A stretch of 49,470 nt of DNA, filler included, from Stramenopiles sp. TOSAG23-3 (GCA_900128585.1; 4 parts of 4 records of this genome joined end to end with filler, not necessarily neighbours in it); one strand, 5' to 3'; counted from the first letter of the whole stretch, positions 34,016 through 44,465 are shown. Notes: generated from the letters alone by a model not told the origin. Program-made: numbers and translations.

Positions 34016-35701
34016 TCAGATTTTATCAATCCCGATCTCTCGATGCTTCGTTGCCTCTCGACCACAATCAAAAATGTACTCATCGGTAGGTAAGTCTACT
34101 TTCGGTTGGCCGACGCCATCATTTGCGGCATAATGCTCGGAGCTGGAGAGAGGTTCAGGGTAATCTTCTTCTTCGCAAGTCGTATATATTGCACAAAAAA
34201 CATCTTCCCTACTTCTCTTCATTCCTTTCTCTCGTCTGTTGGACGACGTTTCCGTTGCCTCGTGGCGATGGCGCTCGTTCGTAAAACACCACAGCCTGTA
34301 GTTATACCAGTAACGTTTGCGAGATCGCGGAAACTTAGGAGGGAACCGCTTCCTCGCCACCTCATTTCTAGAAGCTGGCAATACACATGGGTTTATCGAT
34401 GATCGCAGTTTTGGGCTAATTAACAGAAACATTTGAAGGCACAAAATCGTCTGTATGTTGTCGATGATATCCGACCAATACGACGCATACTCGTCGGCAG
34501 AGAGCTCAAGCAAACGGTGCACAGAATACCGAGGGATCCAGCAGATTATACATGCCCAAATCACACATAACTTTAGGTACACAGTGCTCTTATTCGCACG
34601 CACGAACAACCACAGAAGCTGCGTTTGCAAGCCTACTATGAACGGCAAAGCAATCATGATGTTCAATAGGTATATGTACAAAAATGGACTAGGCATGATT
34701 TTCACGTATCCCCCCAATGGGCAATCATCACGGTTTCGCAAAAAAAAATCCAAGCCCTTGCTTGGTCCTCCAAGGTCCAACACCAAAAGGATAAAAGCAA
34801 CGGCGTTTGCAAAGAGGATAACAATGGACAGTTTTAGGTATGTAAAGCACCGGTTCCCACGCGCAAAAGCTTGTCGCATTGCCAAAAATGATAAAACTGG
34901 CGGAACTTCCTTCTCCGCATACTGCATATGCTGCGAGTCAGTTGGATAAGTATCGTCCAAAAGCTTCGTTTTCAAGGAGGATGTCATCCGACTGGACTTG
35001 CATATTGCCCGGATGGACCTTTTTGCGTGCTTCGTTTTACCGTACTTCTTCAAAAGTAATTCAGTGTGTTTGGAAAGGCCACCTGGTGGCAAATAGCCAG
35101 CTTTTGGAGATGATGCCCGCCGACTAGACTTTGTCCGGATGGACTGTTTCGCATGATTTCCCCCTCCATATTTGTGTAAACGGAGCCACTCGCTCTTGGA
35201 AAAACCCCGTGGATAGCGGTGACCGTGCAACGGTAGAGAAGCACTTTTTCCAAACGTGTACTTTTCTTTGGTCATTGGGCTCTTTTGGCGCGGAGCAACG
35301 TTTGCAGTGGGCAAAAGCTCTTTACGGGAATCAATTTTCACAGTACAAAAGGTTTCTATTGTTAAAAACAGCCACAACCATTTGTCAATAATGATACAGG
35401 ACCAGTCGCTCAAGTTTTTCAACCAGCAGAGGTTCTCGGGGATGTCTTTTGAAAAAATGGCGTCTAAAGCGTACGTTATACAGTAACTGACTGTCAGGCA
35501 CAAGATAATGTAAAAATTGTTTTTATTTACATACTGTTCAAACACATTCTTTTTTATTGCGATGTAGCGTTTGTAAAACAAAACCTTTAGCGAAGCAGCA
35601 AACAGGACGAAAGAAAACGTAAGGCAGATTAGGTCGAGGGTGAAGGTATACTTGTCAGCGTTCACAAGGACGATCCTTCCGCTTTCGCTGCTGTCCGTCA
35701 T
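34016..35701 (-). CDS. GPCR-like 7TM protein with a very long second intracellular loop
   Basis: Seven hydrophobic segments, Cys at the top of TM3 and in ECL2, CWIP motif in TM6, basic helix-8-like SPKLRSSI; short N-terminus. Confidence 0.75.
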   Translation of the reverse strand: MTDSSESGRIVLVNADKYTFTLDLICLTFSFVLFAASLKVLFYKRYIAIKKNVFEQYVNKNNFYIILCLTVSYCITYALDAIFSKDIPENLCWLKNLSDWSCIIIDKWLWLFLTIETFCTVKIDSRKELLPTANVAPRQKSPMTKEKYTFGKSASLPLHGHRYPRGFSKSEWLRLHKYGGGNHAKQSIRTKSSRRASSPKAGYLPPGGLSKHTELLLKKYGKTKHAKRSIRAICKSSRMTSSLKTKLLDDTYPTDSQHMQYAEKEVPPVLSFLAMRQAFARGNRCFTYLKLSIVILFANAVAFILLVLDLGGPSKGLDFFLRNRDDCPLGGYVKIMPSPFLYIYLLNIMIALPFIVGLQTQLLWLFVRANKSTVYLKLCVIWACIICWIPRYSVHRLLELSADEYASYWSDIIDNIQTILCLQMFLLISPKLRSSINPCVLPASRNEVARKRFPPKFPRSRKRYWYNYRLWCFTNERHRHEATETSSNRREKGMKRSREDVFCAIYTTCEEEDYPEPLSSSEHYAANDGVGQPKVDLPTDEYIFDCGREATKHREIGIDKI

Positions 35702-36753
35702 CCCTGGAGCTGGACGGGTTCGAAGCGATAATAGTTATGCCGGGCAGGATTCGTTTCCTGTCTGTTTCATTAAAATCCATTATCTTAAAACTGCTTCGAA
35801 TCATGGTCCGTTTGTAAAAGTCTTGTTTTGTGAGGTCGTTTCGTAAAAGAACAAACCCCCAACAATACTAATAGTACCAGTATTAGTTTTACTATCGCAA
35901 CAGGCAACAGTACAATAAAAATCACAACAACAATAAAAATCCAATAAAAACAAAAAACCCATACTACACATACAGGTATTATAATAAATTACAAGTACCT
36001 GGTACCGGGTACAGGAATTATACCAAATGTCCCGAGTTCTGCAGTTGAATTAATTTGCTTAGCTGATGCTGTGTGATGTTAAATATATTGAAGCTGCCAA
36101 TGAGGAGAACATGTATAAATACATCAAATAACATTGATGCTGTGTTTATTTATTATATTGATTCATTACAACCCTTTCATCAACTCAACTAAAACGACGA
36201 AGGACAAAAGCAAAATCAAAAAGAGAAAGAAAAAAAAGGGGGGGGGGAATGTTTCTTATTATTTAACTCTTAATAATTAGCCTTCTTTTATATAGCATTA
36301 GCATTAATAGTATTGTATGTGTGTGACATATGCTATGCTATACTAATAGAATGGAATGCAGCAATATGATTAAATGAGGAGTGTGAGTGAGGAGTGTACA
36401 GAGTGTAATAAAATCTTCATATTTAAATAATATAGAATAGGGAAGAAGTAGAACAGCGATCTGCTTTAGGTTATAGGTCATCCATCGTACATGAAATAGG
36501 ATTAAACAACGAAGTAGGAAGGAATGGAGTGAGTGAGCAGGTATGGTTAAAGGACGGAGCAAGAGCAATTTGCATTGTTAGGGAACAATTTTATTTTCAC
36601 ACAGAGAGTGGAGAGAGAGTAAGTTTGAATATTTAACAGTTTGTACGTAAGGTAGAGGTGGGTTTGATTAAGTAAGCGAAAGAAAGCATTCCCAAAAGAA
36701 ACAGTCCGTACTTGAAAGAAAAGAAATAGCATATTGGGTGGTTGCAAAGAACA

Positions 36754-37722
36754 ATGAAGGTCACCGTTGGTATTCTCGTCTGTTTTCTCCTGGCGACGCT
36801 GGCGACTTCTTTGTCCTTGCGGCGTTCAAACGTTCGCTCGGGGCAGGGGAAAACAACGCCATCGGAATTGCACGGGGTCATGCCACGTCTCGATAAGAAC
36901 ATATCGAAGGCAGGCCCAAAGTTGAAACTGTTTGGTGCAGTTCCAAAAGGAAGTGTCAAGATGAAAACTCCCATTAGCCACGGCAAGTGCGTCAAGATTG
37001 CTGCCCCAAAAGTCTGCACTGGCACGGAGGACTTCTACTACGGGACCGTTGGCTCGCACGTTTCCAAGTCAAGCGTCAAGGAAATATCGGAAGGGATATC
37101 GAAAATTTTTGACTTGCTTCCCATGGTGAGCGTCATGCTCAAACCTGAAGACCAGGCCAAGTTCCAGAAATGCTTGCCGAGTATGTCCAACTTGGTATGC
37201 CATTCCCTATTGCCAAGGTGCAACCTGCAGTGCCAACAAATGAAGCCATGCCAATCTGCATGCGCTACAATGTTCAATGGTTGCATCCCCAAAGACGCAA
37301 TCAAAGACATTGGAAAAGTCCGCTCCGGAGGCTCTTATCGACCCATGATTTTAGGTGCCATCGGTGCCGCAGAGGGATCGCCTGTCATGACGGTGGTTGA
37401 CAGTATTTTAGACAGCCTTTCGGATCCAACGTGTAGCAGCCCAATGTACTCGAAAGCAACGAACAGAAAGTTGTGCCTTGGGGACGAGTATGAGGGGGGA
37501 ACGTGCGGGGACCCAGTGCCCGTTGACATCAGGGCAGAGATTGCGAAGAAGACCCACGACAACATGATGGTGTTGAAACGTCGTGTAAACGACTCCGCAG
37601 TCCATAAAGACGCGGATGAAACGGAGAAGAAAGTGTACCAAAAGCTTAACGTGAAACCGGAAAAGTCGGAGAACATAACCTCCAAATCAGACGAAGAGGC
37701 CTTCTTCATAGACATGGATTAA
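36754..37722 (+). CDS. Secreted Frizzled-type cysteine-rich-domain (Fz/CRD) protein
   Basis: Signal peptide from ATG 36754; C-x7-C ... C-x7-C-x4-PRC ... PCQSAC-x6-C spacing of the Fz CRD; no TM helix. Confidence 0.8.
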   Translation: MKVTVGILVCFLLATLATSLSLRRSNVRSGQGKTTPSELHGVMPRLDKNISKAGPKLKLFGAVPKGSVKMKTPISHGKCVKIAAPKVCTGTEDFYYGTVGSHVSKSSVKEISEGISKIFDLLPMVSVMLKPEDQAKFQKCLPSMSNLVCHSLLPRCNLQCQQMKPCQSACATMFNGCIPKDAIKDIGKVRSGGSYRPMILGAIGAAEGSPVMTVVDSILDSLSDPTCSSPMYSKATNRKLCLGDEYEGGTCGDPVPVDIRAEIAKKTHDNMMVLKRRVNDSAVHKDADETEKKVYQKLNVKPEKSENITSKSDEEAFFIDMD

Positions 37723-37970
37723 GTTAGCATTGCTAGAATATTTAGATATATGTTTAATTCCCTTTTTCATGCACGCTCTGGTCTCTCTGGCTTTTCTTCC
37801 AATTCTTTTTTCTCTACCGGTTAGATCTCCTAATAATATATAGATTTTATCATATATAATAGCGTATTCACATATTTTATTGGAATTATACTATTTAATG
37901 ATGATAATATGTGTGATGAGGATACACATACAACATACACAGTTGTAACATTGGTATTATATACGAGGAG

Positions 37971-38391
37971 GCTGCTTGGAAAATCACATAAGGAATGAGT
38001 CATCTATGAGTGTGACATCGGATGAGGAAGTTACGGGTCATTTGAAGCATTGCTAATCCACCTACCGATTCGGATCATGAATGGAGTACATCTGAGAATG
38101 ATAGTCAACACTAAGTGACAAGGGTATATTGATTTTTAGTAAAACCACAATCAAGAGCAGACATAAGTTCGCAGTGCATGAAGGAACGTATACCTCTAAT
38201 GGACCAAAGGAGCAGATTCATTTTCGCGGTACATGAGAAAGCTAAATTTTAATTTAAACTTCATGAAGGAATGCAAACCTAGAATCTCTAAATCTAGATT
38301 TCAGTTCGCAGTACATTAAATTTTAATTACTTAAATAACAGCCAATTTTCTTGTTTTTAAACTTAAATAACAACAGCCAATTTTTGTTTTT
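37971..38391 (+). mobile_element. Family-1 long copy (~390 bp) with duplicated terminus
   Basis: Contains, in order, the modules seen at 17138-17258, 42045-42120, 28886-28913 and rc 28257-28350, then the common terminus, which is repeated at 38361-38391. Confidence 0.85.
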
Positions 38392-38515
38392 AAAAATCTT
38401 CAAAAAAAACAACAAAATGGTGTCCACTTTCTAGACTATCTTTTTAAACGTTGGATTACTACATTCAATAGAACTAAGAAAAAAGGGAATGCTTTTCGAC
38501 CAGACTAGGGGGCCA

Positions 38516-39139
38516 TTATTCTACTGCTTTAAACGAGCGAAGCATAGACTCCGCTTTTGAACGCAATTTTGATACCCCGGCTTGAAATGCCTTGTCGCTC
38601 GTACCGTCAAAACCTCTACTTTCCAGCAAGGCAAGCAGCTCCACAATAAGTTCCTGTTGTTCCAGGACATGGCTTCTTGCGATGCCTGAAGAAATGTCTC
38701 TCACCGCGTCTTTGCGAGTAAGCTTGTAGTCAGTCGCTTCATCTGAATCTTTTGTTGAACTGAAGAACTTGTCTTTCATCGCATTCAGTGTAAACGTAGC
38801 CCTTCGACCAATTCCGCTTTTCTTCTGCCAACTGGACGACCCATGATCTACCTTGCCCCCAGCACTTAGGTTGTCCGGAGAACTGAGAAAGATTGACCCT
38901 GTTCTTGAGTCCCGCTCTATCTTGTTCAACACCTTGCTGCACGCTGCTGCTTCTTGATAATTGGGAGTATTGTCCTCCTTCCATGCTTCCCATGACGGAA
39001 TGCCAGGCGGTTTCGACGTCGGCCTTGGAGGGGGGACAGCGTTGCCATCGTTTGTCGGAGAAAGTGAACCTTGCCTTTCAGTCTCTTCGGGTTCGTCATT
39101 CTCGGATATCCCCATAAGAGAACCACGCTTAAACGACAT
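38516..39139 (-). CDS. Hypothetical protein (~207 aa)
   Basis: ORF fills a GC-richer island; first ATG at 39139; no family recognised. Confidence 0.7.
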   Translation of the reverse strand: MSFKRGSLMGISENDEPEETERQGSLSPTNDGNAVPPPRPTSKPPGIPSWEAWKEDNTPNYQEAAACSKVLNKIERDSRTGSIFLSSPDNLSAGGKVDHGSSSWQKKSGIGRRATFTLNAMKDKFFSSTKDSDEATDYKLTRKDAVRDISSGIARSHVLEQQELIVELLALLESRGFDGTSDKAFQAGVSKLRSKAESMLRSFKAVE

Positions 39140-40155
39140 CTTGTCGGCAACCAAGAAGCCTTTTTAACAAATTTCTTGCCCTTTTTTTGTTGTTCTTCAA
39201 TTGAACAATTCGTTTTAATGTTATCATCTCCATGGAATAGAACGCGAACGCACAAAGTTTCAACTTCATACGTGATACAATAAATTATTATTATTCGTAA
39301 TAGCTAAGATAATAATATTATTTACAACAACAACAACAATAAAAAAAATATAATATTATTAGACACTATTATTACTATAGTCGGTCTATACGACGACGCT
39401 GCGACTACTTTTTATTTGTCTTTTTTATTATTTTATTTTGATAGACAGACTATTATTGTTCTTCTTGTTGTTGTTGTTCATTCATCAACAAAAAAAATAA
39501 AAATTATTACAGTATTATAATATTATACTGTATTATATTTTTTTTTTATTTTATATTTTTTTTTCTGTACGAAGAGCAGAGGAGGAGGAGCAAAGAAAAA
39601 TAATTATTGCCAAGTCAGTCAGCTCTGGGAGGAGGAGGGAGGGGAGCGCTCTTCTTCTTCTCCTCCTCCTCCTCCTGTCTCCTTCTTCTTTTTTTTCTTC
39701 TTTCCAACAACAACATCCGTTTTTTTTTTATACTATTATTATTATTTTTTTTTGTGCAATGTATATTAATAGACTACCGAGTACCGTACCTATAATATCA
39801 TGTAGTTGGTTGTACAACATCTCAACAAAAGCAAATAAATATTATTATTCCACGTGGATTATTGAATTAATAATAATTATTTTCAGAGGACGACTGACAA
39901 TAACGAAATATATTTTGTGATGAAAATATACTCTCTACATCTTCGTGTAAAATTGATTGTTGCCAAGTAATACCTACATTCGTGACTATGGTGCAGCTTC
40001 TGATCCTCACTTGTTTTGGAAGAATTTCTTAATTTCACGCAATCCACCTGGTCTGTGATCCATACAGAAACTTCTAGGACCTAGAGCGGACGAGGCCGTA
40101 CTAGCAGGTTGAGACGGCGAACGTCGCCCAACGAGCGCTCAAGTAGGACACGGAA

Positions 40156-41745
40156 ATGGCCGAGCAGAGCTTGCAAGATGAAGCATCAAAATTGGCAGAA
40201 GAGATTGAGCGGAAGAGGGATGCCGAAGAAAGGAAGAACAAAACGAAGAAAATGGGGTTTATGTACGGGGTGGTCTCAGAGGCAAGTGCAGTAAAAAAGC
40301 TAAAACTGAAAATGAAGGCTGAGTATTACTTGCCACCGGCGGGCCCTATAAAATGGTTCCCTCCGAAGGACGACGTCTGTCGGTCTGCCGTGGGGGATAC
40401 CAGTGGTCTAACGAGCCGAATGAAAGAGGTGTATAATGCAGACAGTCAAATGTTCAGTACCTGCCCGTCCCCATGGGACGATGAATGGCTGGCGAAGTTC
40501 GGGGACCGTGAAAAAGGGCAAACGTTTCCTCAGTGGATGGAAGACGAAGACAAGAAAATCCCTTGCGGGGAGGCACGTTCCCATATCTACCTGTGTCCAG
40601 TTGGGAAAGACTACTCTCCGCTACTTATTAAGTCCATGGTGAACGTCATTCGTGGCTTTTGCTACGGGTGTCGTATACACGAACTGCCGTACGTCCCCAT
40701 AGATCCCTCCTGGTTCTACAATGTTCATGACTGGATGAGTGATGACGACGGGGACGACGGCAGCAGCGAGGATGAAGAGTCGATGGAGGCGGATGGGTTG
40801 GAAGACCTTCTTGTAGAGGATGAGAAAGCGAAGTGGCAGCGGGAAGTGAAAAGAAAGTTTGAGCGAAGAAAGCGCGAGGAGGCTCGGGCCCGAAAGGTCC
40901 GGCATCGGCGCCGGAAAAAAATGGCTGCCCGGTCTGCGGACCGGGTCAAGGTGTGTGTCACCCCGGTGCTGGATTACCTTCGGAACAAATTGAATCACGA
41001 TTGGCACGGTGCAGACAACGCATACATAGTCATTGCCATTTCAACGTACGAGATGGTGGATCCTCACGCTGCAAGCAAAGTGGATATCGAAATAGAAGCT
41101 CTCCAGCGGAAGGCAAATACAATAAAAATGGAAGAAATCGAGCCTCATCGTAAAGTTCTGGCAGAGGCCATCATGCAGGGGAAAGCAGCTCGCGCTCAAG
41201 CGCTTGCGAAGGAGAAAAAGTTGGCTGACAAACTGCAGAAGGTGAAGCATGGGATTGAGGCATTGTACAAAGAGGCAGAAAAGGCGTGGGAAGGGTTAGA
41301 AGAAAAAATTGTACCAAAGGATAGGGTCGGTGTCATGAGTATCGCGTACATGGATCCTTTGTTTGGAATGTCCGCTGCGGAAAAACGGCGTGCCAACTCA
41401 AATGGAAGAAAAGACGAGAACACTGAAACGCTGATTCGCCGTAGCTGCAAGCGGTTAACGCACACGTTTGGTCACCTGCTGGGGTTGGAGCACTGTATTT
41501 ACTACCATTGCCGCATGAACGGGTGCCTAACGACGAGCGAGCAGGAAGAAAGCCCTTGCTATTTGTGCGCGGTGTGCCTACGGAAGCTTCACAACGCTAT
41601 TGGTATTCACACGACAAGGCGCGTCATAGAGCGATATTACGAGAACCGCAAGTTTTATGGGGGAATATGGAGGAAAGCCTTCGGTCCAGAAGTAGAAAAT
41701 TGGTACAAAGAGAGAATAGCTCGCATCGAACGGTGCGTGGATTGA
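40156..41745 (+). CDS. Archaemetzincin (peptidase M54, AMZ-like) homologue, probably catalytically inactive
   Basis: DEWLA...EKGQTF..W, IYL.PVG, RVGVMS, HTFGHLLGLEHCIYYHCRMNG, LCAVCLRKL; Thr replaces Glu in HExxH. Confidence 0.9.
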   Translation: MAEQSLQDEASKLAEEIERKRDAEERKNKTKKMGFMYGVVSEASAVKKLKLKMKAEYYLPPAGPIKWFPPKDDVCRSAVGDTSGLTSRMKEVYNADSQMFSTCPSPWDDEWLAKFGDREKGQTFPQWMEDEDKKIPCGEARSHIYLCPVGKDYSPLLIKSMVNVIRGFCYGCRIHELPYVPIDPSWFYNVHDWMSDDDGDDGSSEDEESMEADGLEDLLVEDEKAKWQREVKRKFERRKREEARARKVRHRRRKKMAARSADRVKVCVTPVLDYLRNKLNHDWHGADNAYIVIAISTYEMVDPHAASKVDIEIEALQRKANTIKMEEIEPHRKVLAEAIMQGKAARAQALAKEKKLADKLQKVKHGIEALYKEAEKAWEGLEEKIVPKDRVGVMSIAYMDPLFGMSAAEKRRANSNGRKDENTETLIRRSCKRLTHTFGHLLGLEHCIYYHCRMNGCLTTSEQEESPCYLCAVCLRKLHNAIGIHTTRRVIERYYENRKFYGGIWRKAFGPEVENWYKERIARIERCVD

Positions 41746-41904
41746 TTAAAACTCTCCTCCAAAAAATACGCAACACACCTTGAATCATAATACACCCCCA
41801 GATGGCTGATGTTTATCATTATCATATTGACTAAACTTAATCGACTCTTTAACGAGATTGCTAACTTACTCCTTAATCCCCCTTTAAACGACATATGATA
41901 TATT

Positions 41905-42519
41905 AAAACAAGAAAATTGGCTGTTATTTAAGTAGAGTCGTCTATCCTAATTAAAATTAATGTACTGCGAACTGATTATTTTTAATGAGTAGATTATGGG
42001 TACATTTAATTACTTAAATAACAGCCAATTTTCTTGTTTTTAGATTATGGGTCATGTGGAAGCAGTGCTAATCCATCTACTGATTCAGATCATAAATGGA
42101 GTACATCTGAGAATGATAGTCCAAGAACAATATCTCCTCCTATTGCAGATCCGTCTAAATCTAGATTTCAGTTCGCAGTACATTAATTTTAATTACTTAA
42201 ATAACAGCCAATTTTCTTGTTTAAAAAAAACAAACTAATAATAAAACAAGAAAATTGGCTGTTATTTAACTAATTAATAACAGCCAATTTTCTTGTTTAT
42301 TATAATAGTATGTTTTAAGACTCTCATGTTTCTTGTTTTAATGAGTAGACAAAAAAATAATAGCCAATTTTTTGTTTTTATGAGTCTCAATTCACAAATG
42401 ACAATTCCTTGATTGGTTTACAAGACAGACAACGAGCACCTTTAAAACATACACGCCGCTGCTTGGAAAACCACACAAGGAATGATTCATCTATGAGTGA
42501 GATATCGGATGAGGAAGTT
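41905..42519. mobile_element. Nested cluster of at least seven family-1/family-2 pieces in both orientations
   Basis: Termini at 41905-41974(-), 42002-42040(+, TSD TAGATTATGGGT), 42153-42222(+), 42244-42266(-), 42276-42298(+), 42305-42326 (family 2), 42357-42379(+); internal modules at 42045-42120 and 42419-42519. Confidence 0.85.
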
Positions 42520-43830
42520 CACTCACCCGTCTTCTCCCCTACGGCCACATTGTCAAACTCCTCATCCTCAAAATCATGAGTCCTCCGAACTTCTATAGAA
42601 TTTTCTTCAATATGGGCTGGAGGGTCGCGCGGAACCTCTTCTTTTGGTGTCTGAAACATTCGGCAGTACCACAAACGTGATCTGGTACCGCCTTCGATCA
42701 ACCGCAGTACAAGGACGATCCCGACCCCTTCTACCAACCGGTAGAACAGCCCGCAAGAACAGCGACCCCAGTATGGCACCCACCACCCACAGCTGGATCC
42801 ACTGGCATGCACCGACCCCAACAAGGGTCGTCAGCGCACACCTCCCCGCAAACACAATGTAAAACGACATGATGTTCAGCGCTTCCCTGCGCTTGCGCTG
42901 CGCCTCCGTCTCCGCTGCCCCGTGCTTTTTCAACATGCTGATCACTTCTCTACCGTAGTAAATGAAACCGCCGGAGCAGAGGAGCGCAATGATACCGTTT
43001 ACATACAACCCCGTGATCTGGTAAATATATGAGTACATGGTGTACCGGCCAGTATACGGGACAATTTCGTTTACGCTAAAAACAATAGATAACACTGCAA
43101 TCATGAAAGAAACGATTTTCGTGCGACTGGCGACTGTAGGGAGTGTTACACAACGCCTCTTCTTTGTTTGCGCTCGCACGGTGTCGTTCGTGACCTGCCC
43201 CCAAGCTTGAAAGACAAATAGCCCGGCTACAAAGTAACACTTAAGTCCCACGTCTAAGATGACCCGGCTCACTCCGGGCATTACAAGCCAGTAGCGTTGT
43301 GGCCCGTCGACAGCATGCACGATCAATCGTGAAAGGCACATGAGAAGTATAAGGTGCGATGCCTGCAAGACGACGTTTCCGCAATAGTCGCACAGATTCT
43401 GTCTGTGGCCAGGCCGCAACAGCAACATGCTCCTTCGTTGAAAACCTCTCCGGTACTGCTTGATCTTCGTATTGATCATACCAACTGTCAGTACCGTCAA
43501 CCAAACATAGGCTGGCACGGTAAAAACATAGTTCAAAATCATGCAAGCGTTGTCTTCGGCATACGCGTGCTTGCACGAGTTAAGCTGCGTGCTGTACTGA
43601 AAGTCAGTATAACACACACACTCAAACGTGTCTTCTTTTGGCTTCTTTTCACAGTTGGCCGTTTTAAAAGCTTGGCCCGTCACACGAGATTCGGTATAAT
43701 AAGAGCAGTGTCTTTGACATTCGCTACTGTTCTTAAAAATCGGATTTTCCGAAGCGAACGCTCCCACTAAAAATAGAAAAAAGACCGGAAACCGCCGTCC
43801 GGCGATGCTAGATTTTGAACCTAACGTCAT
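42519..43830 (-). CDS. Multi-pass (7TM, THH1/TOM1/GPR137-like) membrane protein with signal peptide and Cys-rich ectodomain; 1-nt frameshift near 42750-42790
   Basis: ORF 43830-42607 gives a signal peptide, an EGF-like Cys cluster and about 6 TMs. The last TM (LFYRLVEGVGIVLVL) and an acidic tail lie in the shifted frame ending at 42519. Confidence 0.7.
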
Positions 43831-44089
43831 TCGCACACTCCTCTATCTGCCAACCCTGCCGGGGTATTGAAACTATAAAGCCTTTCCCCGTTGGTTGGAA
43901 TTGCCTAGTAAAAATGAACGATTACTGACATATTGTAGCCACTGTCAGTTGGAAGAATTTTTTTCTTTCTTCTGTTGCTTGGATCAGGATGAATATGTAA
44001 AAAGACAATTTTGGTTGTGTTGGGGAGAGGTTCTAACTTCTAACTAACTTCTCTCCAGCAGCAGCAGGCAGCAGGGTGGTGTTATTATT

Positions 44090-44465
44090 TTGTTCCAACA
44101 ACAAGTCTTCTTTTCCTTTTTTTGTTTGTTTTTGCAATCGGTATTTTATATAGACACAGTATCTATTAAAATAAAGTAACATGCCTCTTCGTTATTAAAA
44201 TGAAAGAAATATATTCCAACACAAAAGTTACAACAAACAATAAATTTTGGTTAAAGTAATATACATATACACAGCACTAAAATAAAAACCCAACTTTGTT
44301 GCAATGTTCCAACAACAATTGTTCTTTTGCAATTTTTTTGTTTCTTTTTTTGTTTTAGCAATCGGTGTTTTAGATCCTCACAGCATCTCTTCAAAGAAAT
44401 ATTAATTTCTTTCCGGTGTAAAAACGATGGAAATATATTTCAACACAAACTTACAACAAAAAATG
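44090..44465. repeat. Degenerate tandem duplication, period ~215-225 bp
   Basis: TGTTCCAACAACAA..., GCAATCGGT.TTT, GAAATATATT.CAACACAAA..TTACAACAAA each occur twice in the same order (44091-44241 and 44305-44464). Confidence 0.75.

Noticed and set aside
37971-38391. Hammerhead ribozyme in the repeat, as in Penelope-like elements or retrozymes
   Set aside because: I found no intact CUGANGA...GAAA core on either strand by eye; CGGATGAG and CTGAGAA are only partial matches. An Infernal search is needed.
41905-42380. Repeated ~36-bp unit as a CRISPR array
   Set aside because: Mixed orientations, irregular spacing, TSDs, eukaryotic context and no cas genes.
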